Position numbers and translations under genes: made by a program
Shown: one piece after another, positions 40,020-53,073 of the stretch
How the letters are laid out: every line of letters starts with the position of its first letter
Position numbering within the stretch: the stretch's first letter is position 1
Assembly (NCBI RefSeq): GCF_037042905.1
Contig: NC_087251.1
Span: 30,878,001-30,942,000, forward strand
Source of the DNA: Lytechinus pictus
Lineage: Eukaryota
Length of the DNA: 64,000 nucleotides
Reading direction: 5' to 3'
The notes under the pieces: model-generated
What the model saw: only the letters and a program-made list of their open reading frames with translations
What the model was told of the DNA's origin: nothing
The model's database searches: none

Positions 40020-42900
40020 TGGACTTGGAAAAAAAAAAACTTTTCCATCTTCATCAAGTGGTTCCTAAGTCAGACTCTTGAATTGTTGGATTTCTTGAAT
40101 GAAAACATCTGTTACACCAGTCCTGCAGATTGAAAAAATAGAGAAAGAAAATCAATGAATTTAAATTAAAATTGTCGTGATTTATAAAACATAAATGTTT
40201 TAAGAAAAGTGAGACTATACATTTATATGATTCTTCAACACATAACAGGAAATCTTACTTCTACTAATTATAAACTTGTACTTCCATAAAGCATATCACT
40301 TAACCTGTTCTATACAGTTTACATACCACTCTCCATTATAACTACATGTACTCTATGAAAAAAATGTCAGAGATTTCTCATAAATATGAATATATGAATC
40401 AACATATGTAAATTATATAAATAGTCAGAATTAAAGTTGATATGACTTGTTGCACAGAATATTTTGATCTGTGATTAAAAACGACACTAACTATAATCTA
40501 AAAACAAAATTGAAATGGGTTTTTCAAAGGCAGGTCTATTTGTTGCAAAAAAAATGTGAACAACCTCCATTATCAACAATATTCACTAATTAACTCACTC
40601 ATATATCTGCTGTAGGTTGTATTTCTCTTTGTGGTCTAGTCGCTGTTCTATTAGGCCTACTTCACCAATTATTTATCATCATCAATCACCTCCATGGAAA
40701 TTGTAAAACTGCATCATCCTATTGGACAAAATGTAAAATAACAAGATTTAAAAAAAATCGTAAATCTACAAATATGAAATATGAATATCACACTAAAGAA
40801 TGAATAAAATGAATTTTTGTAAAATATGGAAAATAGATATTGCTTTGTTTAAAACAAATAGGAAATAAAAAGGCCATTTAATTACTAGTAGATCAAGGAC
40901 ATGATCTTACCGGTATTTTATAAATTTGCCCAAGGTACATAACTTTTGGCATTGGTTCTATTTTAGACTCGAGAGCCTGTATATTTAAGAAGTGTCTATA
41001 TTCATTACAGATCCTACCTCTTTGTGGCTCGGATTATTTTTATTTAATGTAAACATGGTTAACATTCAATGCATGTAATGTATCTGTAATTTTGTATGGG
41101 TTAGTTTAAGTTTTATACCTGGATGAGAATCTGCAAAATGATGCATGCACGTATGAATGATCATCATCTTGAACCATATAGGTAGACCTCTACTGTTTTT
41201 CTTGTTCTTCAGACTCAACCTGTTTGTGAAAGAAAAGAGAACAATAATAAGAAGTGATCTTTTTCATGGCCGTATGTATAGGGGGAGGGGTTTGGGTAAG
41301 AGCTGAAATGTGAAACCTTCATCAAAAAGAGAATTGCATGACATCCTTCAATTTTACTTTAGAAAATGCACAAAACGGCCCTAGGTAATATTGGTCGCTT
41401 CTGGCCCTCGCTTTCTGAATTTTAGGTTTCTCTAAATTTTTTCACATGTCTGCCCCCCCCCAAAAAAAAAAAAAAAATCTGGATCTTTTTATTTCCGAAT
41501 CTTATTTCATTTGATTTTAACATAATTTCATAATCTCATGCACTAGGTCTAGATCTATTTAGTCTAGATCTAGTCCAACAAGACTCAGTGCTGTGCGACA
41601 GCATTCATGTATCTAAATTAGGTCTAGATCTAGACTAACGATGGACTATCGATCTATCTAGACCTAGAAAGTAAAGCTTCGGTTCTAAACCGAGATCTAG
41701 ACCCTAGGCCTATATCGGTTTAGAAATTTTTGATGTCTGACTCTGACTTTTATTCCTGGCTAAGACTTCATTGCCATTATTGACCAAGAGTAGATCTAGA
41801 TCTAGTCCTTGGTCCACTGACAGTCAAACTCGTACATGTAAATGGAGTCGTTTAGGCCCAGACCTAGATCTAGGCCTAAATTACAGACCTAGATCATAAG
41901 CCCTGGGGGTAAGTGTCGAGGGTTGGGAAAGTATAAGTTAGACTAGATTTGAATTAGGTAGGCCTATAGCTCTTGTCTTGATAGCATCGATGAATAAATA
42001 AAAGTAAAGTAGCCTAGCCCTAGTCTAGATCTAAAGACTAAAGTAAGTAGGGCCTAGGATTAAGAAGATCTAGGCCCTAGATCTATTGATAATAAGACAA
42101 ACATGCAGAGCAGCATGTTATTTCTAAGACCGAGTCTAACTATATATTTATAAATAACAATAAGAGTTAAAATGGGTGGGGGCTAAATGCAGAAGCCTGA
42201 AGTTATGCAAAATAAATTTGATATCTGAAACAAAGTGAGGACTGAGGATTGACACAATGACATGTCAATGACAGGCGTATCTTCATCCATACTCCGCTTC
42301 ACAGTTTATTCCTGACTGAGTCTCGATCTACTGAAGATAGATGCAGATCTCCCTCTAGATCTAACGTTACAGTGTACAAAAAGAAGCCTCATTCTTCTTG
42401 TTTTAATCAATCGTGGGTTGGTCCTTGTTGGAGGTTAACCAAACCAGCCCGATTATCTCTCGATTCCCAGCCGGCTAGGAGCCCGTACAAAATACATGTG
42501 GTTAACACAGCGGCATAACGGCATAACCACAACACTGCAAGCAACATACAGGCTGCACTGCCACTGGGCGACGATGACAATCTAACTTCAATTTCAAAGA
42601 CCAAATTCTGCTTTCCTTTAACAGAAGATTAATAGCAAACTCTCTAATTTGTTAAACAAATAACCTAAGATCACAAAATACAGTGTGAAATGTGTAAATA
42701 GTCCACTGAATTCATGTGGTTATATCAATTAATACGTACTCACCGGAGTGTTCGTATAGGTCCATTTTGTGTGTGGAAAGAAAAGTTTCAGAATGAATAA
42801 ATTAAATGACGTAATGAGGTCAAATGAATAATTAATTCTGTAACACGATACCACTAGTATCGATGACAAAGAATCGGGGAAATCGCGTATTAATGACGCT
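40020..42900 (-). ncRNA. Possible spliced non-coding transcript (both ends uncertain)
   Basis: Minus-strand splice signals define a first donor at 42744 (CCG/GTGAGT), exons 41219-41119 and 40718-40599, and an acceptor at 40122. No sustained ORF. CCAAT/CpG-rich region upstream at 42850-43040. Confidence 0.35.
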
Positions 42901-43809
42901 CTTAGCCAATGAAAAGGCCGGATTATGAATATCTTCATGCTCATGAATGTCAATGAGGGCTTATTTTTGTCTTCAAATGATCGCGGTAGGCGGAGCCTAT
43001 CTCATTTGTTTTGTGCTGAACGCGCACGCAGCTTTCGGTCTAGTAATATATTATAAGGTCTTTGAGTCCAGTACATTGGTTTTTCAGACCATAACACAAA
43101 TGATGTCAATTCTCAAGTATGTGTACTCTATCTGCACTGGTTATCTGGAGTAAAAAAAAAAGTGTACACTTGTACACTTTATAACTGTGACTGAGAATGA
43201 TGTATTCAAAGTGTTATTTCTTCATGTCACAATGTCTACCTTTAAGTACCATCTTTACTGACACTGTACATGGCAAGATACCTCTTATACTTGCATTTAA
43301 ATTGTTAAAAGCAAGAATTCTAGCACTTTCTTTGGCAATTTCTTTTAAATAGAAACAAAATAAAAGAGACAATTTAAATGTGATTTGCATACACATTTTT
43401 AAATGAAAACTACATAAAAGAATATATCATACTTTTTCTGAAATAAATTATGTAACAAGAATACATAATCTTGAAAGAAGAGATGTTGTTCACATATTCC
43501 CTTTTTGATTCACACACATGTAAGAGAATATTTGCTAGAATATTTCCTGATAAAACAAGTAATCTTAGAATGTACTTTGGCAAACTTTTAGATACAAAAT
43601 AAATAATAAATATGTTGTTGTAAAGTGAATGAGTTACATGCATACATCTCTTTGAAAGTCACGCATGAAACACAATTTGGACATCATGTGAGGCTTGAAC
43701 AATAACATAAAAGAATGAAAATAAAATGACTGTGATGAATATTCTATAAAATATAGAATTAAACTTCAGCCACAAAACCAAACAATGGTTAAATATAAAA
43801 CATCAAGCA

Positions 43810-46800
43810 TCATATTTCCATATCTTCATATTCAGAGTCCGTGCTTTTTCTGTCATATTCTTTTGACAGGATATCAACTTCCAAGCCACTTTCAATGTCT
43901 TCATCATAAAGGATACTTAAGGAACTGCTCACAATAGAATCATCATCATCATCACCATCATCATCCTCAACATCATCATCGTCATCCTCAACATCATCAT
44001 CGTCATCATCGTCATCATCGTCATCATCATCATCATCATCATCACCAGCATCATCACTATCATCACGATCAGCTGAATATTCTGTTATGGTGTCACATGT
44101 CGGTGTAGATTGCATTGGTATAGTTACATTAGGAACATTTTCACAGTGTTTGCATCTACAACCAGGGCCACATTTTCTTTTATCTTTAACACATTTACAA
44201 AGCCTATTTATACATTTGCTCTTAGAACAAGCACAGCCTCGAGTAAGGTATATAACATTTTCTCTAATGCGATTGATATTTTCTTCTGTATCCCAAATAA
44301 TACTAACCTTGTTCTTATCATCTTGATTTGTTACATTATATCCATACAAAGAAATGTTTGGGTATATAAAAATTGGAGAATTAACTTCATCCCATACTGT
44401 TGATACCCAACAACTCCTTAACCAGTGAAGGTTCAATGCAGAATTAGAAGGGAGCAGATCATCTTCATATTCACCTTTCCATGAAGCTAAACGTACTATA
44501 TCCAGAGCCTTATGATGTCGTGATATAATATCAGAATCTTCTATGCTATTGTACAGATCAATAATCGAATTGTAATTATGAAGACAAGAACGGTTAACAT
44601 GGTAATATATGCACATAATAAGGCGATAAAAAGACATTAAACCATCATCTGAATTAACATTCAATTCAGTTTGAGCTAAGTGACCTTGTGTATTACTGTA
44701 GCATCCAGTAATAAAATGAGCATGTTGGAAAAACAATTTAAAAAAGGTAGGCTTCCCTATATGCGCAAAGTATGAAACAAAATCACAACCTGACGTGATA
44801 TACAAAACCTGTAGAATCTTCCGAACATTTAACTGTTTATTTATCATACTTGCCAAATCAGAATCATGGTCACATGCAGACTGTAATGAATTGAGATTAA
44901 GATATTTTTCATCCCCCGCTCGGGCACTATATTGCACTGTGACATGTTTATTACCAAAGTTCAAGGGAAGTCCTATCATACCGATATCTCGATCAATAGA
45001 ATATATGAGAATATTATTGCAAGGAGTACTATTTACATGTAACCAAATCTGTGTATCACTTTCCTCGTGATTATGGACAATATTATGATGATCAATGCCT
45101 TGCTCACTTATTGAAACACCTGTCCACTGACTAGAACTCTCAATTCCGACATGAAATCCTCCAGAAGTAATAAAAACTTTACCACTGTTTATTTCAATAT
45201 AATTTTTTACAAGCTCAATAAATTTATTTGACAAATAGCGACATAAGGTGTGTTTATTCTGGCGTACTTTAAGAAAATTATTCCACTGGTTTGGAAGAGG
45301 GACTTTGTCATCAAGTGACTCATAAAAATAACATTCTTCTTCAGTTTTATCCCTTCTGCTACGTTCTACATCTTTTGGAGAAATACCCTGTGTTCCTACT
45401 TGATCAAAGAGGATCCTGACTTCTTTTACATCTTTCTTGAAAAAAGACAACACCCATCTAGCTACCAAAAATTGTGCATATTCCTCAAATGTTTTTAGAT
45501 TTTTCAGGGGAGAACTATATATTATATTCATGCCTTCTATAATCACACATGTATTAGACACAAACTTGAAAGACGGGGACACTATTTCATAATTAGATGA
45601 GTATCTTTTGTTAAAAAAGTCATAAATAACAGATTTGGTACCTTTGTGTGGTAAACCATCCTGGTTACAAATAGCCCTTGGGTATTCTGCAAACTGACAA
45701 AGTTCAGAAATTGGAGTTTTAGTTTCTCGAGAAAAGGCGATTGATCTTTTGTAACAGCGGGTAATAAGTTTCTTCTCCTTTTCAAGATCAGTTACTTTTT
45801 TCCGCCGTAATTTCTCTTTAGCAAATGTCTTTAATTGGAATTTTCTTTTCACAGGTTTTTTAACAGATGTATCATTTAGAATTCTGGTCTTACAGTAAGA
45901 TTCATATGAATCTTTACCTATTTCCCTATATGACATGAGACTTTTTTGTTGTGCAGGGGTAGCTTGAACATTTGAGACAACATGGTATAAACTGGCATCT
46001 TGAACAGAATGAAACATGGATGTTTTGCATACTGCATCAAAATATAATTTAACATTGCTGAATTCAGACTGAAAAACTGACCAATTTAAATCCCTATGTA
46101 AGGTTTCACTATTATTAATCCCTAATTGATCTTCAAATGTTCGCAATAATTGTGCTTGGTATTCAATACTACCTACTAACTGTTCCATGTGTTTTGGGAG
46201 ACCACCTGACAATGCCATCTTACAATCCTTATTAATTAGCATCTCGTGTGCCTCATCTAATGCTACAGATGAATAATTTGTTCCCTTGATATTTGACACA
46301 AAAGAACCATTCTTGAAATGGTCTTAAACATAACAAGGCAAGGCATGCAAAGTACTTATATGTAATGGTATTAAACGTGAATAGTTTTGCCGATCAAAGG
46401 CATGAAAAAGGGGAGCCATACTCTTAAGGGCAGCCATTCGTAAGTCCCAATTTCTTTCCCTAATGGCTATATACAAACTAATATATGCTAACATGTCTTT
46501 TCGTAAAAAACCATTCCAAAATCTAAAAGTTTCATATTTTTCAGACATATCACTGCAAAAAGTTGAAAATTCTTCCATGAAAGGAATCATTGTCACTTGT
46601 TTAAGGTTATTTTGTGCATCTACAAATTCATTCACCCCACTAAACTGGCCTTTATTGAAAGATAACTTTAATAAACAATCATTAATATCCGAAATAAACT
46701 TGTCATTGGAAATATCTATTTCCTTCCCAGCTCGATACTCCAAAAAGCATGATAATTGATTCATGAAAATTGCTTCATACACTTGCATTAAAAACCTATG

Positions 46801-49230
46801 GGTTCTTTTAAAGTTTGAACATGAGGCTAAGCTTTGTAATGTCATTTTTTTATGAGATGCTTTGGCAAAATCTTTTAAGCCAGCTTCCCAAAATACTTTA
46901 ACTATCACTTCCTGGAAGTTTTTAAGAACATGCCAGTCTCCAAGAAAAGGAATAACCCAATCTAGTGATTGACCACACTCATGCTTAAGATCATACAATA
47001 ATCTAACAGTAGCACCATCACCAGCAACAATTAAATGATTCATTTTTTCATTTATACAAAATGATTTCTGGAGGTGGAATAAGGCCTTCTTGATGGTAGA
47101 TGGAGAGTCAGCTTTCTCATTCAAAATATACAAATATGAAAATTTTGATTGCTCAGTGTATTTGTCACCTTCCAATGCTAATTTAGATTTAAAACTAGGT
47201 ATTATAGTGTTCTCTCCTGATTTTACAAATGTATATCTCTGTGCAATATAAATCACCATATTCAAGAGGATATAATCTGCAGATTTGCCCTCAGAATCAG
47301 ATAAAAAGAAAATATCCTCACATAACTGGTTCCTTATATATGTTTTATATTGAGGAATAGAAAAATCGCTTTTACTAGGATTATCACTATCTTGAAAAGT
47401 GGGCAATTTCCTGCGGACACTTGGTTTTTTTAATTGTTTATTTTCTGACGAAATATTACTATTATCATTTTTATCATAACTCCATACTTCAGATGAATTC
47501 AATTCCTCGGAAACTGGTTTTGGTTGCTGGGCCATAATGGAAGTGCCATGGTAACTTCGTGAGGAATCTGCTACTACTGCAGCAAAGGAAGCTAATTTAT
47601 CGATATTGTCTATTGAAACACATGTTAAATAAGAAAGGTCAAGATTGGATAAAACACCTGAACCCTCTCGGATATCTTGAATCCTTTGCAGAAATCTTAC
47701 CAAAGTGTCATCAGAGCATGACAATCCTAATCTATTCATTATTTCTACCAATTTTGTTGAATGTGATATACGTTTAATTACATTGGCAATAATGATGTGA
47801 AATGGATAGTTGTTTTCTTCATTAAGAACAAAATGCATTACAAAAATTAAAGCTATTCTCCTTATTTTTCTTTTTTGACCAGCTGCACTTTTATCACTAG
47901 GGAAATCCAAATGTTTATCAAGAGTAGAATACATCATTGTATTATTATAATATTTCAATTCCTCAGTACTGGCTGTTAGAAGACATATACAATTCCAGAC
48001 ATAGGGGTGAAACAGAATATTAGCAGCCCCGAATTCAAAAGTTTGAAGTGAGAGAGGATTTGACAAAAAAATGTCATTTATATCCTTAGCTTGCTTACGA
48101 AGGTGAGTATTAAAAGTTGAACAAATGTCATTAAATTGAGAGACAACAAAAGAACTTTCTTCTTTAGGCATATCATATGAAGTATCAAGAGATGAATCTG
48201 TTTGCAATTCACATTTGTTTCTTTGAGCTCTTATCTTGGCACAAGAATTATGCCATGACTCAAGCATGTCAGGCACTGAAATATTATGCACATATAAAAA
48301 GGTTCCTTTTTTTAGTGCTAATGTGTGAACACACAAAATGTCAGAAAATCTATCAAGAATTTTTGATAATAACCACGGTTTTGACCTTAATGCCCTACCA
48401 TAGAGAAGATCACTCTTGCATGCTTTCTTCACAGAAACATTATAAAAATCAAATGCATCTGATAATAAGAAGCCATTTTCAGCTTTGCATATTTCACTTA
48501 CAAATATTAAAGTAGCATTTAAACATTTTGAAATGATATCTTTTATATCTGTTTCTTCAGAATCTTCTTCATATTGCATTGATATCTTCTGAAGTTCATT
48601 TTTAACATCATCGAGTGATTTTATTTGTTGGCCTTTACGATTTGCAAAACAATAACATGAAGAACAAATAAAGTTATCTTCTTTTATAGACAGATTTTCA
48701 TTAATCTGGCTTAATTTGGCAATGCCTTCGGTGGATAAACAAGTGCTTACATATTTCTTACCACTTAGCTGACAATCACAAGCAGCACAAATGTTGTTCT
48801 GCTTCAGAGAAAAATTCAAAAAGCGCGCCCTGTGACATTTACAAAGATATATAGTTTCAGGTATGTTTTCAAGTTGCAGTGAAAATATTTCATTAAACTG
48901 GGAGACACTGCACTGCGTCTGAACTGCACCAGCTAAATCACAATCTAAATATACTGACAAAAAGCATGAAGAATCCTTCATTTTTTTTCTACTTTTTTCT
49001 GGTGTATAGGACTCATTCTTCAACTTTTTTGAATATTTTTGCCTGCAACTGTTACATATACAAGACAAATCTGAAATGTCTGTAAACTTTGATTTGATTA
49101 AATCTTTTAGCATTTCAGACTTAATTAAATTGAAATGGGTGTATTTGTGGGATGTTTTTTGACAAAGGCTACATGGACCACATGAAAAATTTCCACAGGG
49201 CTGCTTACGTTTGGTAGGCTTCTCTTTCAC
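43810..49230 (-). pseudogene. AcademX-type transposase (Zn-finger N-terminus, DDE core, XPG/PIN nuclease, Cys8 finger, acidic tail) split by one in-frame TAA
   Basis: ORFs 46324-49230 and 43810-46299 share a frame (PCYV*DHFKNGSFVSNIKG). Motifs SIDNID, YHGTS, VAGDGAT, LGDWH and VALDEAHE (candidate DDE region). IIEGM, LFD, ERSRR, HEESDTQI, SIDRD and SGCDFVS (XPG/FEN-like). CACSKSKCINRLCKCVKDKRKCGPGCRCKHCEN (Cys8). This domain order is the described AcademX architecture. Confidence 0.8.
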
Positions 49231-49745
49231 CCCAACGAAACATTTGTATGTTTGTTACACAATATTGTACGAGGTGCGATTGAAGGTGGAACAGGTGGAG
49301 GACGGGGATCAGGAGCTAGAGGAGAGATAGAAGGTGGAACTGGTGGTGGATGGGGATCTGGCGCTAGCGGTGCTATTGAAGGCGGAACTGGTGGTGGATG
49401 GGGATCAGGAGCTAGAGGTGCGATTGAAGGTGGAACCGGTGGTGGATGGGGATCAGGAGCTAGAGGTGCTGTTGAGGGTGGAACCGGTGGTGGATGGGGA
49501 TCAGGAGCTAGAGGTGCTATTGAAGGTGGAACTGGTGGTGGATGGGGATCAGGAGCTAGAGGTGCTATTGAGGGTGGAACTGGTGGTGGATGGGGATCTG
49601 GAGCTAGAGGTGTGACTGGACGAGTGACACGAAGAGCCGAGGATCTTACTTGTGGAGAATCACATGTGTTCGAAAGAGCTCTATTTGTGACTGATGGTTG
49701 GTCATAGTGATGTTGGGCCAGCAAGTGGACATCCTCATATTTGAT
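49227..49745 (-). CDS. Proline-rich repeat exon upstream of the transposase frame
   Basis: Acceptor TTTTTCATGTTAACCACAG/ATC at 49745. Seven 48-bp (16-aa PLAPDPHPPPVPPSIA) repeats. The stop overlaps the transposase frame by a 1-nt shift at 49227-49230. Confidence 0.6.
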   Translation of the reverse strand: MKYEDVHLLAQHHYDQPSVTNRALSNTCDSPQVRSSALRVTRPVTPLAPDPHPPPVPPSIAPLAPDPHPPPVPPSIAPLAPDPHPPPVPPSTAPLAPDPHPPPVPPSIAPLAPDPHPPPVPPSIAPLAPDPHPPPVPPSISPLAPDPRPPPVPPSIAPRTILCNKHTNVSLG

Positions 49746-50136
49746 CTGTGGTTAACATGAAAAAAAAAAACATTTAGACAAAAACATTAGTAAAAGTGAA
49801 AGAAAAAATGTTCCTTACAAGTCAATCTCATGCACAGAAACATTTCTTAATCAAGTTAAATTAAATGTTTTTTTTGTTGTTTTTTTGCAGTGCAAGATCA
49901 TTTTTAATGACACCTAAAATGGTGACAATAAATGGGCTTTACCGATTTCTCAGGCAAACAGAGCATTAAGGCCAGTCTAAACTGCATCAATGGAAAAAAG
50001 TTAGGAAAGTGTAAAAAAAAAATTGTGGTCATGCATTTTACTAGCCTAACTATCATTTAAAACACCCTGCCCCACTTGCCCCTACCCCCACAAAATATAA
50101 TAATGCCCAGCCACCAAAGTTAGTAGACCTAAATAC

Positions 50137-50836
50137 CTTCTTCCTTTTCCGGTGTTTCTTGATCCTCTGCCGCCTCCTCTTCCTTTCTCTGGCCTTCTTG
50201 CGTGAAGTAACATAAGGAGTAGGGGACTTGGGGAGTGGGGAACGGGAGCATGTGTGGTAGCATGATGATTGTGCTGGGAATGTTGTGTATGGAATAAAGC
50301 TCGGGTTCTTAAATGCTGGCTCGTGATATTTAGGGGGAGGAGGGAGCAACACTGGATCTTGTTTTTTTACAACTTTCTTTTTTTTTCTCTTTGGTTGTTC
50401 CACCTTCGGTTTAACATAAGGCTTTCCATATCGTTCCCTTTTTCTGTATTTTATAAGGGCTTTTTCCTTTTCTGAGAGGATTGGTTGTTGAACAGTTGAT
50501 TTTGAGCAGGAACTTCTGGAAGTATTATTCAATTTTTTTAATTCTTTAGGTATTCTAGTGGTTTGCTTGGGTTTGAAGTTTTGGTAGTAAACAAATTGAG
50601 ATATTAAATTTGTGAATTCAGAAGCAAGTGCTGCCTTCCCTTCAAGAGTTAGATGAACACCATCAACATAAAAAAACCTATCACTGCACAAGAAGGGGGA
50701 AGTGGCATCTACCACATAACAATTAAAAAAACTTGAACACAATTGGTGTAAATTATTATTATAGTATCTTGACTTTGTGTATAAATCTATAGAATCGCCA
50801 AATCCAGTAACTTTTAAGGATGAGCACTGGGGCAGC
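50137..50836 (-). CDS. Exon encoding an SGNH/GDSL hydrolase-like segment plus basic (NLS-like) region
   Basis: Acceptor TTTTTCTGTTCACATTACAG at 50836. Translation LPQCSSLKVTGFGDSIDL...YNNNLHQLC...VVDA...FFYVDGVHLTLEGKAALA. Phase-0 donor AAG/GTATTT at 50137 matches the phase-0 acceptor at 49745. Confidence 0.6.
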
Positions 50837-50961
50837 CTGTAATGTGAACAGAAAAAGTAGTCTTACATAAGTAAAACCTATATTATTTTACATCGCAATT
50901 CAAATCAGATTGAGCTAATGAACATAAAAATTTCATGATGAAAACATGATCAGGCCTTATA

Positions 50962-51323
50962 ATAATAATAATAATAATCCGCTTTTATATAGCGCTTAAT
51001 CCATCGGAACGACGTGTCTAAGCGCTTTACAGATATATTATTACCCCGGTCATCGGATTCAATCAGTCATTCCCGCACACAATGTGTGCACATCCTCCAC
51101 TCCCTGGGGAGTATTCCAGTCAGTCGCCTGTGAGGCGCACACAGTACTGGACAAGCTACAATGACTTTCACATCCTACCGGGTACCCATTTAGCACCTGG
51201 GTCGAGAGTGGCAAAGTGTGGATTAACGCCTTGCCAATGGACGCCAGACCGCGATAGGATTCGAACACAGAACCCTCTGTTTACAAGGCGAGAGTCAGAA
51301 CCACCACACCACGGCTCCTCCAC
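50962..51323 (-). mobile_element. Full-length tRNA-derived SINE
   Basis: Same family as 38889-39236 on the minus strand. (ATT)n tail. TSD GCCTTATA at 50954-50961 and 51324-51331. Confidence 0.85.
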
Positions 51324-52794
51324 GCCTTATATCATTTTACATCAAGAGACATCTATTCCACAGAAGAAGGAACAGTTTCAAGGCACAGCTACAGATTTCT
51401 GAATGGTATAAAATTGGGCACATATCCAATTTGATTGATGACTTTGAAGATAATATGCTTGCGAATTTGATTCCTAGAAGCTTGAGATTGACATGCAAGG
51501 AAAATATTTTTTTGTTCATTTCAACATAAGTAATGCTAAACATTATTAATTAGTATTTTATGCCTGTTGCATGTTGTCTTCCGCATTAAAAAAAAAGGCA
51601 TTTTGAATAATTTTTCTGATCAAAAGTTTGTTTTACAAAATAGCAGAGAGAATTTAAGATATTGGCAATGTTTTGAGGAAAATCCATTAAAGATTAAGAA
51701 AGTTTTTAGAACACAATTTTTTTATTTGTGATGTCATATACGAGCAGCTGCCCAATAAACATGTTATATAATGGGCATAGATTTTTAATTTTTCAATGGT
51801 TTGTGATGATTTTTGTCTCTTCCAGGAACAGTTGTGAAATAATTTGTCTATTGATGAAGGTTAAATAAAAAATTCTGAGAAAATTACATGTACATTGCAC
51901 TAATTTTTTTGTTACCATATACATGAGAAAGCTGCTAGCAAATGATAACAAAAATAAAAAATTGATTTTTTTTTTTTTTTTACTTTTAATTGGTTGGATT
52001 TAGCTTGAAACTTGACATATATTTTTTTCTCTTTTTTTTACAATAACTTTTTTTTCAGGTTGAAGTTCTCCTTTTATTAGCTTAGATTTTGAACTGACTT
52101 AAACTCATTTCTAATTCATAACTCATTCATTCTGCATACTATTTACTGATAATAGATAAGCTCTCATAACCTCTTACTTTCTTAGATAAGTTTGTGCATG
52201 AAGTCAGAAAATAATTTCTAAAAAATAATGTCTGGTCTACTACTAAGAGCTTGAGTAGCACTCGTTATGTCCAGCAAAAAATTGCACATCACCGAGTTTA
52301 GCATTGGGGCGATTTCGCCCCCCCCCCCAGAAAAAAAATGCATAGTATGAGCCCCAGAAAATCCCAATTTTATTGACATGCTTGACTTAAATTAGCCCCA
52401 AAACCTTACCTATATTTTGTATAAGAAAACTTTGTTTGCCTGGAGTCTAAACATGAACATGCAAAGCAAAGCCAAGGCCCAAGTTCTGAAATAATTTCTC
52501 AGTTAAAAATATAATGCATGATCATCATCATCTAACCCAGGGAGCTCCCTGGGCCGGGTTAATCATCATCATGCTCAACACAATGACAACAGCAGAACAA
52601 CATAGGCCTAATTTACAATTATTTTACAGCAGAAGGTATCCTCATGCCATAGTCTCTCACTCTCTCCACTCTCATTTTCAAAAGTTAAATCAGCTCAGTG
52701 CCTCAGAGATCAAGTACAGTACAGATACTACAAGTAAGTTAGATTTAACGTAATCAAAGCAGTCTAACATTTTTAAAAAGACGAGTCGACCGTA

Positions 52795-52975
52795 CCCCCA
52801 TACTATCGATAACAAAAACATAACACGGAAATACACGTACGGGACTAGACACTAGTTATTTCGTTCACAAAACCCAACGTCGACGTCACAGGTTTTCGCG
52901 CGGTTTCACCAATTCTACAAAGCAAACGAAGGCTACTTCCGGTCAAATTTGATATTTTAGTCACTTTTCAAACTG
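52795..52975. promoter_or_regulatory. Candidate bidirectional promoter
   Basis: Local CpG enrichment with TATCGATA (DRE-like), GACGTCAC (CRE-like), TTTTCGCGCG (E2F-like), CCAAT, ACTTCCGG (ETS-like) and TTCAAA (CHR-like). Splice donors diverge on both sides (minus near 52795, plus at 53050). Confidence 0.5.
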
Positions 52976-53017
52976 GTTTTTAAGAGAAAAGAGCTGGTGA
53001 TTCGATCAAAATCCCCG

Positions 53018-53050
53018 ATGGCATCACAAAGCAACATTTCATCTTTTCAG
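53018..53050 (+). CDS. Candidate novel first coding exon (MASQSNISSFQ) for the duplicated TANGO1 exons
   Basis: CCGATGG start, 11 codons, strong donor CAG/GTAAGA in phase 0, matching the phase-0 acceptor at 54063. Confidence 0.45.
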
Positions 53051-53073
53051 GTAAGAAGTTTCCATATAAAACA

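Noticed and set aside
25054..52847. TAGTCC...GGACTA as termini of one 28-kb Academ element
   Set aside because: The match is only about 8 bp, there is no TSD, and the putative promoter lies outside it. The Academ boundaries remain undefined.
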